Source: an uncultured Oscillospiraceae bacterium
GTDB lineage: Bacteria; Bacillota; Clostridia; Christensenellales; CAG-138
Assembly (NCBI GenBank): GCA_964372005.1
Contig: CAYJPI010000001.1
Location: 11,642-35,964, forward strand
Direction of reading: 5' to 3'
Length of the DNA: 24,323 nt
Shown here: positions 1-8,539 of the stretch, one piece after another
Numbering within the stretch: the first letter of the stretch is position 1
Layout: each line of letters opens with the position of its first letter
The notes under the pieces: model-generated
Seen by the model: the letters and a program-made list of their open reading frames with translations, nothing else
Database searches by the model: none
What the model was told of the DNA's origin: nothing
Made by a program: the position numbers and the translations under genes

Positions 1-1
1 T

Positions 2-1498
2 GGGTTTGTAACTACGCTTAAACTCAAGGATGATGAGACGATAACGGCAGAAGAGTTGGTATTCGTTCCCGATTCGCCCTCGCAGGTAAAGGAAGGCGAA
101 GCCGCCTATGAGGATGTGTTCTCTGTCAATTTGCCCAGCGATAAGCTAACGATGGTTGTATCGAACGAAAATGGCACATTAAATGCCGCAGGCGAAAACT
201 TCGTAATGCCCGATGTGGTTGAGATTGCGGGAAATGTTACGATACTTTTAAGGGAAGTGGCGATAACATACGCGCAGATAACCAAGCGTTACGATCAAGC
301 AGGCCTTGAACCCAGCGTTGATACCGATGTTGAGTTTGCAAGGGCGGATGGAACAGCAAGCACAGGTCTTGTGAAGGACCATCAGGCGAGCGGTACGCTT
401 GAAGCTACCGAATCGTATAAGAATACGTTTGGCCCTGATGTTGAGACGGGTAACTTTAGATTGTTGGATGGTTCGATCGCAGTTTATTCCGCGGCGGATT
501 CCACAACCGCCCTCACGGGTAACTATAAGTTCACCTTCACAAATCCCAATGGCGTTGCAAGTATAACAAAACGTCCCGTGACCATAACCGCCGAGAGCGT
601 GGATATAAGCTCGTATGCGCTTCTTGCGAGCGCTACATACACCTCCACCATTCAGGAGGATAACAAAGCGGAGGTTAACGCGGAAGGTGAAGGGCTTATC
701 GAAGGGGACGACATGGGCGCTGTCACGGTTACGCGCGATGAAACTCCTCGCGCAGGAACAATGTATGAGTTCGATCTTACCCCCAACATATTTGAGGCGG
801 ATCGTAGCTTCCCGGATTATGATAACTACGAGATAATCTACATTGATGGCATCGTAACCGTTCCCCCGCCGAGCGATCCGAATGAGCCCCAGCCTGAGCC
901 GGGACCCGAACCGGAGCCCGAGCCCGACCCGGACCCCGAGCCCGAGCCTGAGCCTGAGCCGGAGCCCGAACCGGAGCCCGAACCGGAACCCGAACCCGAG
1001 CCGGAGCCCGAACCCGAGCCCATAAATGAAGAGGATATTCCCGCGGTTGTTACCCCCGTTAGCTTTACGAACCAGCCTTCCGCGCCTATCTCGAACATTT
1101 TTGGCAACGAGATACCGTTGGCATCCGCCGAGGGTGGAGCATGGGCACTATTGAACCTTATCTTAACGGTAATAACCGGCATTATGAGCGTTTCCCTCAT
1201 AATGGGATACTTCTCCAAAAAACGCCGTGATGAGGGCGATGCGGAGTATACCGACGAAGAGAAGGAAGCGGAAATGAAGCGCAGAGGCGCATGGAGAATA
1301 GCGAGCCTAATCCCGATTCTCGTTGCGGTTATTGCCTTCATGCTCACAGAGGATATGCGCCTGCCCATGCAGTTCACGGATTCTTGGACACGCATGATGG
1401 TGGCTATTACCTTACTACAGGTGGGTGTTGTACTGCTTGCTCGCAAGAAGAAGGATGAGGAAGACGAGGAAGAAACGGACCGAGTAGAACATGCATAA
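2..1498 (+). CDS. Large acidic cell-surface protein, 5'-truncated by window edge: MBG/Ig-like beta-rich repeats, Pro-Glu stalk, C-terminal three-TM anchor module
   Basis: Frame is open from position 2 (GFVTTLKLKDDET...), so the TTG at 56 is probably not the real start. MBG-like patterns (ITKRYD, ITKRPVTITAES, NYEIIYIDGIVTV), long (PE)n run, three hydrophobic segments and RKKKD-acidic tail closely similar to the end of ORF 10028-14506. Confidence 0.85.
   Translation, partial: GFVTTLKLKDDETITAEELVFVPDSPSQVKEGEAAYEDVFSVNLPSDKLTMVVSNENGTLNAAGENFVMPDVVEIAGNVTILLREVAITYAQITKRYDQAGLEPSVDTDVEFARADGTASTGLVKDHQASGTLEATESYKNTFGPDVETGNFRLLDGSIAVYSAADSTTALTGNYKFTFTNPNGVASITKRPVTITAESVDISSYALLASATYTSTIQEDNKAEVNAEGEGLIEGDDMGAVTVTRDETPRAGTMYEFDLTPNIFEADRSFPDYDNYEIIYIDGIVTVPPPSDPNEPQPEPGPEPEPEPDPDPEPEPEPEPEPEPEPEPEPEPEPEPEPEPINEEDIPAVVTPVSFTNQPSAPISNIFGNEIPLASAEGGAWALLNLILTVITGIMSVSLIMGYFSKKRRDEGDAEYTDEEKEAEMKRRGAWRIASLIPILVAVIAFMLTEDMRLPMQFTDSWTRMMVAITLLQVGVVLLARKKKDEEDEEETDRVEHA
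884..1021 (+). repeat. Coding 6-nt tandem repeat (GAR-CCN)n encoding a Pro-Glu stalk
   Basis: gagccc/gaaccg/gagcct/gaaccc units in tandem, translating to [22 protein letters not shown]... Confidence 0.95.
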
Positions 1499-1567
1499 AT
1501 GGGCTGCGACGTCCCCCCGATTAAAGAATGAATATCGGTAGAGATAATTCCTAATACGCAAAAAACT

Positions 1568-1607
1568 ATAGCGCGCTATTGACGAGGGTTCAATAGCGTG
1601 CTATTGT
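1568..1607 (+). promoter_or_regulatory. SigmaA promoter overlapped by two palindromic operator boxes
   Basis: TTGACG (1579-1584), 17 bp, TG-n-TATTGT (1602-1607). Boxes ATAGCGCGCTAT (1568-1579) and ATAGCGTGCTAT (1593-1604). GGAGGT at 1618-1623 precedes ATG 1631. Confidence 0.65.
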
Positions 1608-1630
1608 CGTTTAGGTTGGAGGTGATGACG

Positions 1631-1873
1631 ATGAATGAAGTGAAGTTAGGGAAAATTATAAAACATCTAAGTACAAGCTTAGAAAAGCGTGCAAATAATA
1701 CTTTTGATAATAATGAAATACTCGAGGTGATTAAGCTATTATTACTTAGCCAAAGCCCTATTGGTGAAGGCTATACTCCTTTGCATCAAGCCTTATCACG
1801 GGCACTGCGGCTTCTATCAATGATTTCGGATATCATACCTACAACGCTGGGGCGGTTTGTCTTTTCATCGTAA
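1631..1873 (+). pseudogene. Probable truncated MarR-family regulator remnant
   Basis: Good promoter and RBS. MNEVKLGKIIKHLSTSLEKRANNTF resembles helix 1 of clostridial MarR proteins, but no winged-HTH follows and the frame runs 88 bp antisense into the 3' end of the EAL gene. Confidence 0.5.
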
Positions 1874-4797
1874 ATCACCTTGCAATGGTACTCATACCAA
1901 AACTTGCGTCCGCTCGCATGTACCATGGAAAACGTCCCTTTATTTGTGTTCGAGCCCGATGCTTCTTTAAACGATAAATCCTTGTGCCCCGGGAATATTT
2001 CATCAGCCAGTTTCGAGCCTATGAAGTTATCAATAATTTCGGGAACATCGAACTTACGGGCAAAGTTCTTGGAAAAGCGAATCGTGTTCGCTTCTTTGTT
2101 GAAATCAAAGAAGGCACTGTCGGTCAGCTCGGATATGCGCGCTATGAAGGTTTTCTCCTGCTGCAAGTCACTATCTGCCTTGAAATGGTCTGTCACATCC
2201 GTTACCGAGGCATACACGCGAGCTTCGCCCTTTTCGTTTGGTGCAATTTTCCCGTTCAACTTAAATAGGTGCTCTTCGCCCGAGCGCAGTACAAACTTGG
2301 AGATGAACTTTAAGATGCCGGTATCCTTGCGGTGCAACTTAAAATAATCTAATAAATCGCGCTTGCTCTCCTGCGCCATTAGGTCTACCCCTCGGTTGGC
2401 AAACTCATCCCTTACTTCCTTACGCGTGTAGCCGATCATGTTAAAAAAGTAATCGTTCGCTTCAACTATCGTGAAAGAACTATCTACTTTTGCAACTATG
2501 ATTCCACCGGGGACAAATGAGCTTGCATACTTTATATCGTTTATACGGTTGATTATCGGCGTATCGGAATCGTCGGCGCGCATGCTCATCATATCATGGT
2601 ATTTTTCCTCAAAATCCTCCAATGACATAGGCTTATCATAGAAGTAGCCCTGCACACAATCACAATTCATGGACATGAGAAGCTCAACCTGTTCCAATGT
2701 TTCGATTCCTTCCGCAACAACATACATCCCGAGATTGTGCGCCATTTTAACGATGCTGTCTACGAGCATATCATCACGGCGAGCATTTTTCCCGCCTACG
2801 AAGAAGCTTCGATCCATCTTCAAAGTATCCACATCGAGGTTTTTGAGCATTCCGAGCGATGAATAACCCGCACCGAAATCATCGATGGATATCTTGAAGC
2901 CGTGCTTATGAAGATCTTCAAACAATTGCTCTATAGTGAAATCGCCGTCTATGGTTGTAGACTCGGTTAATTCTACTTCAATTTGCTCATGAGGAACATT
3001 ATGCTTATCGGCGATTGCTACAATCCCATCAACAAAATACGGGTTTAACAAGTTTATTCTCGAGCAATTGACAGAAACCGTCATGGGAGCATGCCCCTCA
3101 TCGAGCCAATGCCTGATAATTTTACAAACCTCTTCAAAGATAAACCTATCAACATCAACTATAAAGCCGTTTCTTTCAAACAGCGGGATGAAATCGTTCG
3201 GATACACTATGCTTCCGTCCGCTTGAATCCAGCGCACGAGTGCCTCCGCGCCAACAATTTTATCATTATTAATGCTGAACTTAGGTTGTAAAAACGCTTT
3301 GAACTCGCCATTCTCAAGCGCTAGTTTCATCCTATTCGTAATATCGGCTTCTTTTTGAAGAGTTTTTTTGAACGTTTCGTCATAGTCGCACATCCATTCG
3401 CCGTTTCGCTCCTTTGAAGCGTTATGCGCCATGCTGACCTTGCTCATTATTTCATCAACGTTGGTTTCGCCCTCATCTATCTTATATCGGCCGATCTTGA
3501 ATGTTCCGTTGTAATTTATAAGCTCGGGTATCATTTCATCGTATACACATACTGCGTGATCTATCACAATGTTTATGTCCTCAAGAAGTTCGCTCCTTGC
3601 AAACATTGCAAACTTATCATCGCCGATTCGCGCGGTGATTAAAGATGGCTCTTCTATCTCCCTGGTGATGAATTTCATGGTTTTCAAAACTCTATCGCCC
3701 ATCTCGTAACCGAACACTTCGTTGATGGCCTTGAAATTCTCAATATCATACACGATTATCGTGTACCGCTGTTTATCTTGTTTTAATAGGGATTGCATTT
3801 CTAATTTTAGCTTGGCGAAATTCGGTAGCTGCGTGAGCGTATCGTAATATGCAGTTTTAAGAATGCGCTTATTCGAACGCGAATGTATAATTGCGATGGC
3901 GATTACAAGCGTGATAATCGTCCAATATATTATGCTTCCTGTAACATCAAAGTATTGGGCGGCCCTTACCATTTCACTACTTAGCGAATGAACCTCAACA
4001 TTCATGGCCAAAGCAACATCGGTAAGATATATGGGATAGTATACCATAACTTTGGGTGTGCCAAAATAATCGTAGTAAAAACCGCTGCTCTGCTTATTTA
4101 TTATGTTCTGCTGCGCTTGGACGACATTTTCAACACCCATTTCGATAATATCCCGCTCGGGTATGGTAATTTCGCCTACATGGGTTTCGCTTGTTGAAAA
4201 AATCATATTCAGTTCTTGATCAACAAAGAATATGTCCCCTTCATAATCCTTGTAATATGAAATCGTTTCAAAGAAATCCTCAACAGAAACCTCACTGAAT
4301 AATACAGCGGTCGTTTCATCTCCACGCATAACGGGAACCGCCAAATCAAACACCACCTCCGACGTTTCAATCGAGATGTGTGGATTTTGTGTGTAGGATT
4401 CATTGTTAAGTGCTGCCAAGAACGATGGGTTTTGTGCAAAATCACGGCTTTCTCCATCTGCACAGATTCCATTGCCATCGAGATCTATATAGTGTAAGGC
4501 ACTAAATTCGCGCGTTTGCGATTGTGAATCAAGGTATGCAACAACATTGTCGCCCGAAACATCATTTTTGTCGACAAATTGAGCAAGCAAAATGAGATCT
4601 TCTCGCGCTTCTTCAAGCGTGTTTGATAATAAATTTTGATATTGAACACCGATTTGATCCATCTCATCGAAAGTTGATTCGATTACAGCATCATCCGCAA
4701 TACCACGCACAAAGTTTATCAATAGTCCTATTATCACAATCGATATCGCAACAATAATCGATAGCAAGTGCCTTGAAAATAATTTTCTTGCGTTCAT
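1786..4797 (-). CDS. Membrane-bound c-di-GMP signalling protein: TM / Cache-like sensor / TM / degenerate GGDEF / EAL / PAS / PAS-like; probable phosphodiesterase
   Basis: Start reassigned to ATG 4797 (AAGGGAG at 4807-4801). Two TM helices flank an extracytoplasmic domain; YYDTLTQLPN, DIENFKAINEVFGYEMGD, A-site reads GDDKF; EAL motifs AEALVRW, VSVN, EVELTES, DDFGAGYSS, KMDRSF, EGIET, QGY all present; PAS-type GGIIVAKVDSSFTIVEANDYFFNMIGY. Confidence 0.92.
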   Translation of the reverse strand: MNARKLFSRHLLSIIVAISIVIIGLLINFVRGIADDAVIESTFDEMDQIGVQYQNLLSNTLEEAREDLILLAQFVDKNDVSGDNVVAYLDSQSQTREFSALHYIDLDGNGICADGESRDFAQNPSFLAALNNESYTQNPHISIETSEVVFDLAVPVMRGDETTAVLFSEVSVEDFFETISYYKDYEGDIFFVDQELNMIFSTSETHVGEITIPERDIIEMGVENVVQAQQNIINKQSSGFYYDYFGTPKVMVYYPIYLTDVALAMNVEVHSLSSEMVRAAQYFDVTGSIIYWTIITLVIAIAIIHSRSNKRILKTAYYDTLTQLPNFAKLKLEMQSLLKQDKQRYTIIVYDIENFKAINEVFGYEMGDRVLKTMKFITREIEEPSLITARIGDDKFAMFARSELLEDINIVIDHAVCVYDEMIPELINYNGTFKIGRYKIDEGETNVDEIMSKVSMAHNASKERNGEWMCDYDETFKKTLQKEADITNRMKLALENGEFKAFLQPKFSINNDKIVGAEALVRWIQADGSIVYPNDFIPLFERNGFIVDVDRFIFEEVCKIIRHWLDEGHAPMTVSVNCSRINLLNPYFVDGIVAIADKHNVPHEQIEVELTESTTIDGDFTIEQLFEDLHKHGFKISIDDFGAGYSSLGMLKNLDVDTLKMDRSFFVGGKNARRDDMLVDSIVKMAHNLGMYVVAEGIETLEQVELLMSMNCDCVQGYFYDKPMSLEDFEEKYHDMMSMRADDSDTPIINRINDIKYASSFVPGGIIVAKVDSSFTIVEANDYFFNMIGYTRKEVRDEFANRGVDLMAQESKRDLLDYFKLHRKDTGILKFISKFVLRSGEEHLFKLNGKIAPNEKGEARVYASVTDVTDHFKADSDLQQEKTFIARISELTDSAFFDFNKEANTIRFSKNFARKFDVPEIIDNFIGSKLADEIFPGHKDLSFKEASGSNTNKGTFSMVHASGRKFWYEYHCKVIYDEKTNRPSVVGMISEIIDRSRSARDKA

Positions 4798-4928
4798 GTT
4801 CTCCCTTCGCCTACTTCCTCTTCGGCGCTCATTCCTTTTCGAGCCGATGCAGTCCCGCAAGATGAAATTATGTTAGCATTAACTAACTGTATTCCTCTCA
4901 CAAATACACATGCTTCACGCTTTCTACC

Positions 4929-4957
4929 ATTATAACGCATTAATTCAAGAAAAACAA
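4929..4957 (-). promoter_or_regulatory. Putative sigmaA promoter of the EAL gene
   Basis: Minus strand TTGTTT (4957-4952), 17 bp, TATAAT (4934-4929); implies a leader of about 125 nt. Confidence 0.5.
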
Positions 4958-5059
4958 TATAATTACGTAATAAATGCAGGTTAAAAATGGAAATAGCACA
5001 AATTTGATACTATATACGAAGGAGTTTTTGCGTTAACCTCGCTATGCGGCATTTAATCT

Positions 5060-5106
5060 AAAAAAGGCTCATGGCATTTCATCATAGTGGATGAGATGCC
5101 ATGAGC
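5060..5106 (-). terminator. Intrinsic terminator after ygeW
   Basis: Arms gctcatggcatttcatc (5067-5083) and gatgagatgccatgagc (5090-5106), followed on the minus strand by a T run, about 30 bp after the ygeW stop. Confidence 0.85.
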
Positions 5107-5133
5107 TATTTTGGTTGTAGATTTTAATTGCCG

Positions 5134-6321
5134 CTATACCTTAAAGCGAAGGCTTTCACTGGCGGACATGGCCTCGAGAGCGGCCTTGGGATCCTTAACT
5201 TTTGCGAGGAAGATCATGGCCGCAATGATGTACGGCTTGTAGGAAGCTTCCTTGTAGAGCGGGTCGCGATAGCGATCAAATACGGACGCTTCGACCTCAC
5301 CTTCCTTGCACGAAACACCCGAGATATCGGCGGGCAAGCAGTGCATGTACAGTGCCTTGCCGCCATCGGTAAGCTTCATGAGCTCCTCGGTGCATTCCCA
5401 ATCCTTGTGCTTGGCGTTTTGGGTAAGCAGCTCTTTTTCAAGCGCCTTTATGCCATCGAAATCGCCTTTGCCGTAAAGATCGGTGCGCTTTTCCATCGCC
5501 TTGAAGGGTGCCCACGACTTGGGGTAGACGACATGCGCGCCCTTGAATGCGTCAGCCATGGAGTTTGTCATTTCGAATTTGCCACCGAACTCGGCCGCAT
5601 TCTTCTTCGCAACATCGATAACATCATCCATAACCTCGTAGCCCTCGGGATGTGCGAGCGTAACATCCATGCCCATGCGCGTCATCAAGCCGATGATGCC
5701 CTGCGGCACGGACAAGGGCTTGCCGTAGCTGGGGGAGTATGCCCATGTCATGGCAATCTTCTTGCCTTTGAGATTTTCAACGCCGCCAAATTCGTGGATG
5801 AGATGAAGCATGTCCGCCATCGACTGTGTGGGATGGTCGATATCGCACTGAAGGTTGACGAGAGTGGGCTTTTGCTCGAGTACGCCTGCCTTATGGCCGG
5901 TTGTTACGGCCTCGACGACATCGCGCATGTATTGGTTACCCTTGCCGATGTACATGTCATCACGGATGCCGATAACATCAGCCATGAACGAAATCATGTT
6001 AGCCGTTTCGCGCACGGTTTCGCCATGTGCTATCTGGCTCTTACCCTCGTCGAGATCCTGAACGGTAAGCCCCAAAAGATTGCATGCCGATGCGAACGAG
6101 AAACGTGTGCGTGTGGAATTATCGCGAAAAAGGCTAACGCCAAGTCCGCTATCAAATATACGTGTCGATTTGTTGTTCTCGCGAAGGCAACGAAGCGCAT
6201 CGGCGACGGCGAAGGTTGCTTCGAGCTCATCGCGGCTCTTTTCCCAGGTGAGGAAGAAATCCCCCTCATACATGTCGTTGAAGGATAGTTTTGAAAGCTT
6301 GTCGGTGTACTGTTTGATCAT
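5134..6321 (-). CDS. ygeW: Knotted carbamoyltransferase YgeW
   Basis: ATCase/OTCase motifs STRTR, HPTQ, HCLP plus YgeW-typical DFFLTWEK, WAYSPSYGKPLSVPQG, YPKSWAP, EASYKPYIIAAMI; 395 aa; adjacent to ygeY; AAAGGAG RBS. Confidence 0.95.
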   Translation of the reverse strand: MIKQYTDKLSKLSFNDMYEGDFFLTWEKSRDELEATFAVADALRCLRENNKSTRIFDSGLGVSLFRDNSTRTRFSFASACNLLGLTVQDLDEGKSQIAHGETVRETANMISFMADVIGIRDDMYIGKGNQYMRDVVEAVTTGHKAGVLEQKPTLVNLQCDIDHPTQSMADMLHLIHEFGGVENLKGKKIAMTWAYSPSYGKPLSVPQGIIGLMTRMGMDVTLAHPEGYEVMDDVIDVAKKNAAEFGGKFEMTNSMADAFKGAHVVYPKSWAPFKAMEKRTDLYGKGDFDGIKALEKELLTQNAKHKDWECTEELMKLTDGGKALYMHCLPADISGVSCKEGEVEASVFDRYRDPLYKEASYKPYIIAAMIFLAKVKDPKAALEAMSASESLRFKV

Positions 6322-6339
6322 TATAATGTGCTCCTTTCT

Positions 6340-7644
6340 CTAGCTGCAATATACCGTGGGTAGTAGCGCGTACACGGCCGCGCAGGTTACAAGGTCCTGT
6401 TTCCACGTCTTCTCATTAGGCGCATGCGCTTCGACCTCGGCGCCGGGCCCAAAGCCGATGCAGGGTATGGAATTTCTGCCCATGATGGAAACACCATTCG
6501 TCGAGAATGTCCATTTGTCGGTGAGCGGCCTTGATTCGCGAGCCTTGATAACGCTACCGTCGCCGATGCGCTTATCGCCGTAAAGTTCTCGGTACGTCCT
6601 TTCAAGCGCGCGCGTCACCGCATGGTCGGACGGAATAACCCATGTTGGGAAATAACATTCGATAGGGTATACAAGCCCGGTGTACGATGGCCTTTCATAG
6701 TTATACATGCTAACACTTACGTCCTTGCCGTAACGCTGTACAGCAGGGAGGGTGCGTATCTCGTTCAAACAGCTCTCAAAGGTTTCGCCGGCTGTCATGC
6801 GCCTGTCAAGGCTGACGGAGCAACCATCGGCAACGGCACAGCGCGAGGGCGACGTGAAGAAAATCTCGGAAGCGGTAACCGTTCCTCGCCCAAGGAAGCG
6901 TGCTTCCTTCCACTGGCTGTTGTAACGCTCGTTGAGCATCTTACATAGCCCCTTTATCGGGATATGGTCGGATGCGTCATTATCGTTGAGAGCGCGAATG
7001 TCGAGAAGAATTTCGGCCATCTTGAATATGGCATTTTCTCCGCGTTCGGGCGCACTGCCATGGCAGGATATGCCCTTTACATCCACGCGAATTTCCATGC
7101 GACCGCGCTGGCCACGATATATGCCGCCGTCGGTTGGCTCTGTCGATACAACGAAGGCAGGGCGAATCTTACTTTCTTTTATGATGTACTCCCAGCACAG
7201 GCCGTCACAGTCCTCTTCTTGAACGGAACCTACGACGAGCACGCGATACCTATCGCTAAGAAGGCCGAGATCCTTCATTATCTTTGCGCCGTATACGGCT
7301 GACACAATGCCGCCAAGCTGGTCGGATGCGCCGCGCCCGCCTATTTCGCTTTCGCTTTCATAACCTTCATATGGATCGAAATCCCAGTTCGCACGATTGC
7401 CTATTCCAACGGTGTCGATATGCGCATCAAAGGCGATAAGTGTTTTTCCACTTCCCATGTAGCCAAGCACATTGCCCTGCTTATCGATGGTAACCTCATC
7501 AAAATCGAGCTTTTTCATCTGCGCCGCGATGCACTCGATATGCCCCTTTTCATCACAGCTTTCACCGGGTATCTCGATGAGCGCGCGAAGAAACGCCGTC
7601 ATGTCGGGCAAATATGCATTCGAAGCTTGTTTTACAGCTTCCAT
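6340..7644 (-). CDS. ygeY: YgeY family M20 metallo-hydrolase (selenium metabolism / purine degradation linked)
   Basis: M20 motifs [59 protein letters not shown] within the end of the upstream gene. Confidence 0.93.
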   Translation of the reverse strand: MEAVKQASNAYLPDMTAFLRALIEIPGESCDEKGHIECIAAQMKKLDFDEVTIDKQGNVLGYMGSGKTLIAFDAHIDTVGIGNRANWDFDPYEGYESESEIGGRGASDQLGGIVSAVYGAKIMKDLGLLSDRYRVLVVGSVQEEDCDGLCWEYIIKESKIRPAFVVSTEPTDGGIYRGQRGRMEIRVDVKGISCHGSAPERGENAIFKMAEILLDIRALNDNDASDHIPIKGLCKMLNERYNSQWKEARFLGRGTVTASEIFFTSPSRCAVADGCSVSLDRRMTAGETFESCLNEIRTLPAVQRYGKDVSVSMYNYERPSYTGLVYPIECYFPTWVIPSDHAVTRALERTYRELYGDKRIGDGSVIKARESRPLTDKWTFSTNGVSIMGRNSIPCIGFGPGAEVEAHAPNEKTWKQDLVTCAAVYALLPTVYCS

Positions 7645-7646
7645 GA

Positions 7647-8285
7647 TTATCCTCCTTGATTTCCTTTGTTGTCTATATAGGAATACAAAGTGTACTTTGA
7701 TATACCAAAATGCTTGGAAACCTTGTCGCCGCTTTTGGTTACAAGGAAAGCACCCGATTGGTTGAGGAAGCGAATGGCTTTTATCTTGTCATCCTTGCCC
7801 ATAAGCGCGACGGGCTTGCCGACGAGTGCAACGCTTTGCGCGATAAGATCATCAAGAAGTTCATTCACATTTGTGGGGATGCGTTCGCTTGCTGTCGGCT
7901 CTTCTTCGGTGGTGTGCAGGAAGTTTTTGATGGTTCGCTCCGCCATCAGCATGGATGTTATATCGTAGTTGATGGAGAAAATGCCTTCAGGTATGCCGTT
8001 TTCATCATTGATAAAAACACTGCTCGAGCGAAGAACGCGCCCACCATGAGCCTTAGCTAAATAATCGAGATGGTCGGGCAATGGTTGATTTTCCTCCCGC
8101 GCATGCATCGCTTCAAGAACGATGTGTGAAGGCCCGTCGCCAACTTTTCTTCCCGACACTTGGCCATTCTCAATCGCAACGATAGGATCGCCTTTTTTTC
8201 TAAGGTCGTGTACAACCACTTCGCAATCCTTGCCAAACTGAAGGGCAAGCGCCTTTGCAAGACGCTCATAAAATGATAAGTTCAT
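7647..8285 (-). CDS. YheO-like transcriptional regulator (PAS_6 + C-terminal HTH)
   Basis: [33 protein letters not shown], and C-terminal [35 protein letters not shown]; stop 2 nt before the ygeY start. Confidence 0.92.
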   Translation of the reverse strand: MNLSFYERLAKALALQFGKDCEVVVHDLRKKGDPIVAIENGQVSGRKVGDGPSHIVLEAMHAREENQPLPDHLDYLAKAHGGRVLRSSSVFINDENGIPEGIFSINYDITSMLMAERTIKNFLHTTEEEPTASERIPTNVNELLDDLIAQSVALVGKPVALMGKDDKIKAIRFLNQSGAFLVTKSGDKVSKHFGISKYTLYSYIDNKGNQGG

Positions 8286-8334
8286 AATACACGCTCCTAA
8301 TATTTATAGCTTCAATATATTTATACATGTTCTT

Positions 8335-8363
8335 ACTATAACACACATATGGACGATTGAAAA
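8335..8363 (-). promoter_or_regulatory. Possible extended -10 promoter for the yheO-like/ygeY/ygeW operon
   Basis: Minus strand TG-T-TATAGT (8340-8335) with weak -35 TTTTCA 17 bp upstream. Confidence 0.35.
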
Positions 8364-8480
8364 GAATATTTCTAACAAACAATTTGGTTTTGATGAATTC
8401 GGCAAATATAAGTTTAACCGATCCGATTGCGGCAGAATTGCAAAAAAGCACGCTCATGTGAGCACTATTGATTATTGCAG

Positions 8481-8509
8481 TTGCAATATGAGCATAAATA
8501 AGGTACAAT
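8481..8509 (+). promoter_or_regulatory. SigmaA promoter of the DUF1292 gene
   Basis: TTGCAA (8481-8486), 17 bp, TACAAT (8504-8509), 30 bp before ATG 8540. Confidence 0.6.
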
Positions 8510-8539
8510 ATCAAAAACAGGAAAGGCGGTGTACACAAT

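Noticed and set aside
838..1446. 202-aa minus-strand ORF with (GS)n run, and the similar one at 13933-14181
   Set aside because: Antisense reading of the Pro-Glu repeats in the real plus-strand genes.
4798..4870. GGAAGUAGG..GAAGG and CGCCGAAG words resembling glutamine (glnA) or glycine riboswitch cores
   Set aside because: No CGUU/AACG P1 or P3 stem for the glutamine aptamer and no CUCUCAGG element for glycine.
5128..6288. 386-aa plus-strand ORF covering ygeW
   Set aside because: Antisense shadow of a clearly recognisable gene; no RBS or family motifs.
8438..8460. Sigma54-like -24/-12 site for the ygeY/ygeW operon
   Set aside because: TTGC is present on the minus strand but the required GG ten bases upstream is absent.
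8266..8538. 90-aa minus-strand ORF upstream of the YheO-like gene (also 19146-19406 and 9958-10194)
   Set aside because: They span promoter DNA or overlap real genes, with no convincing RBS or recognisable motifs.
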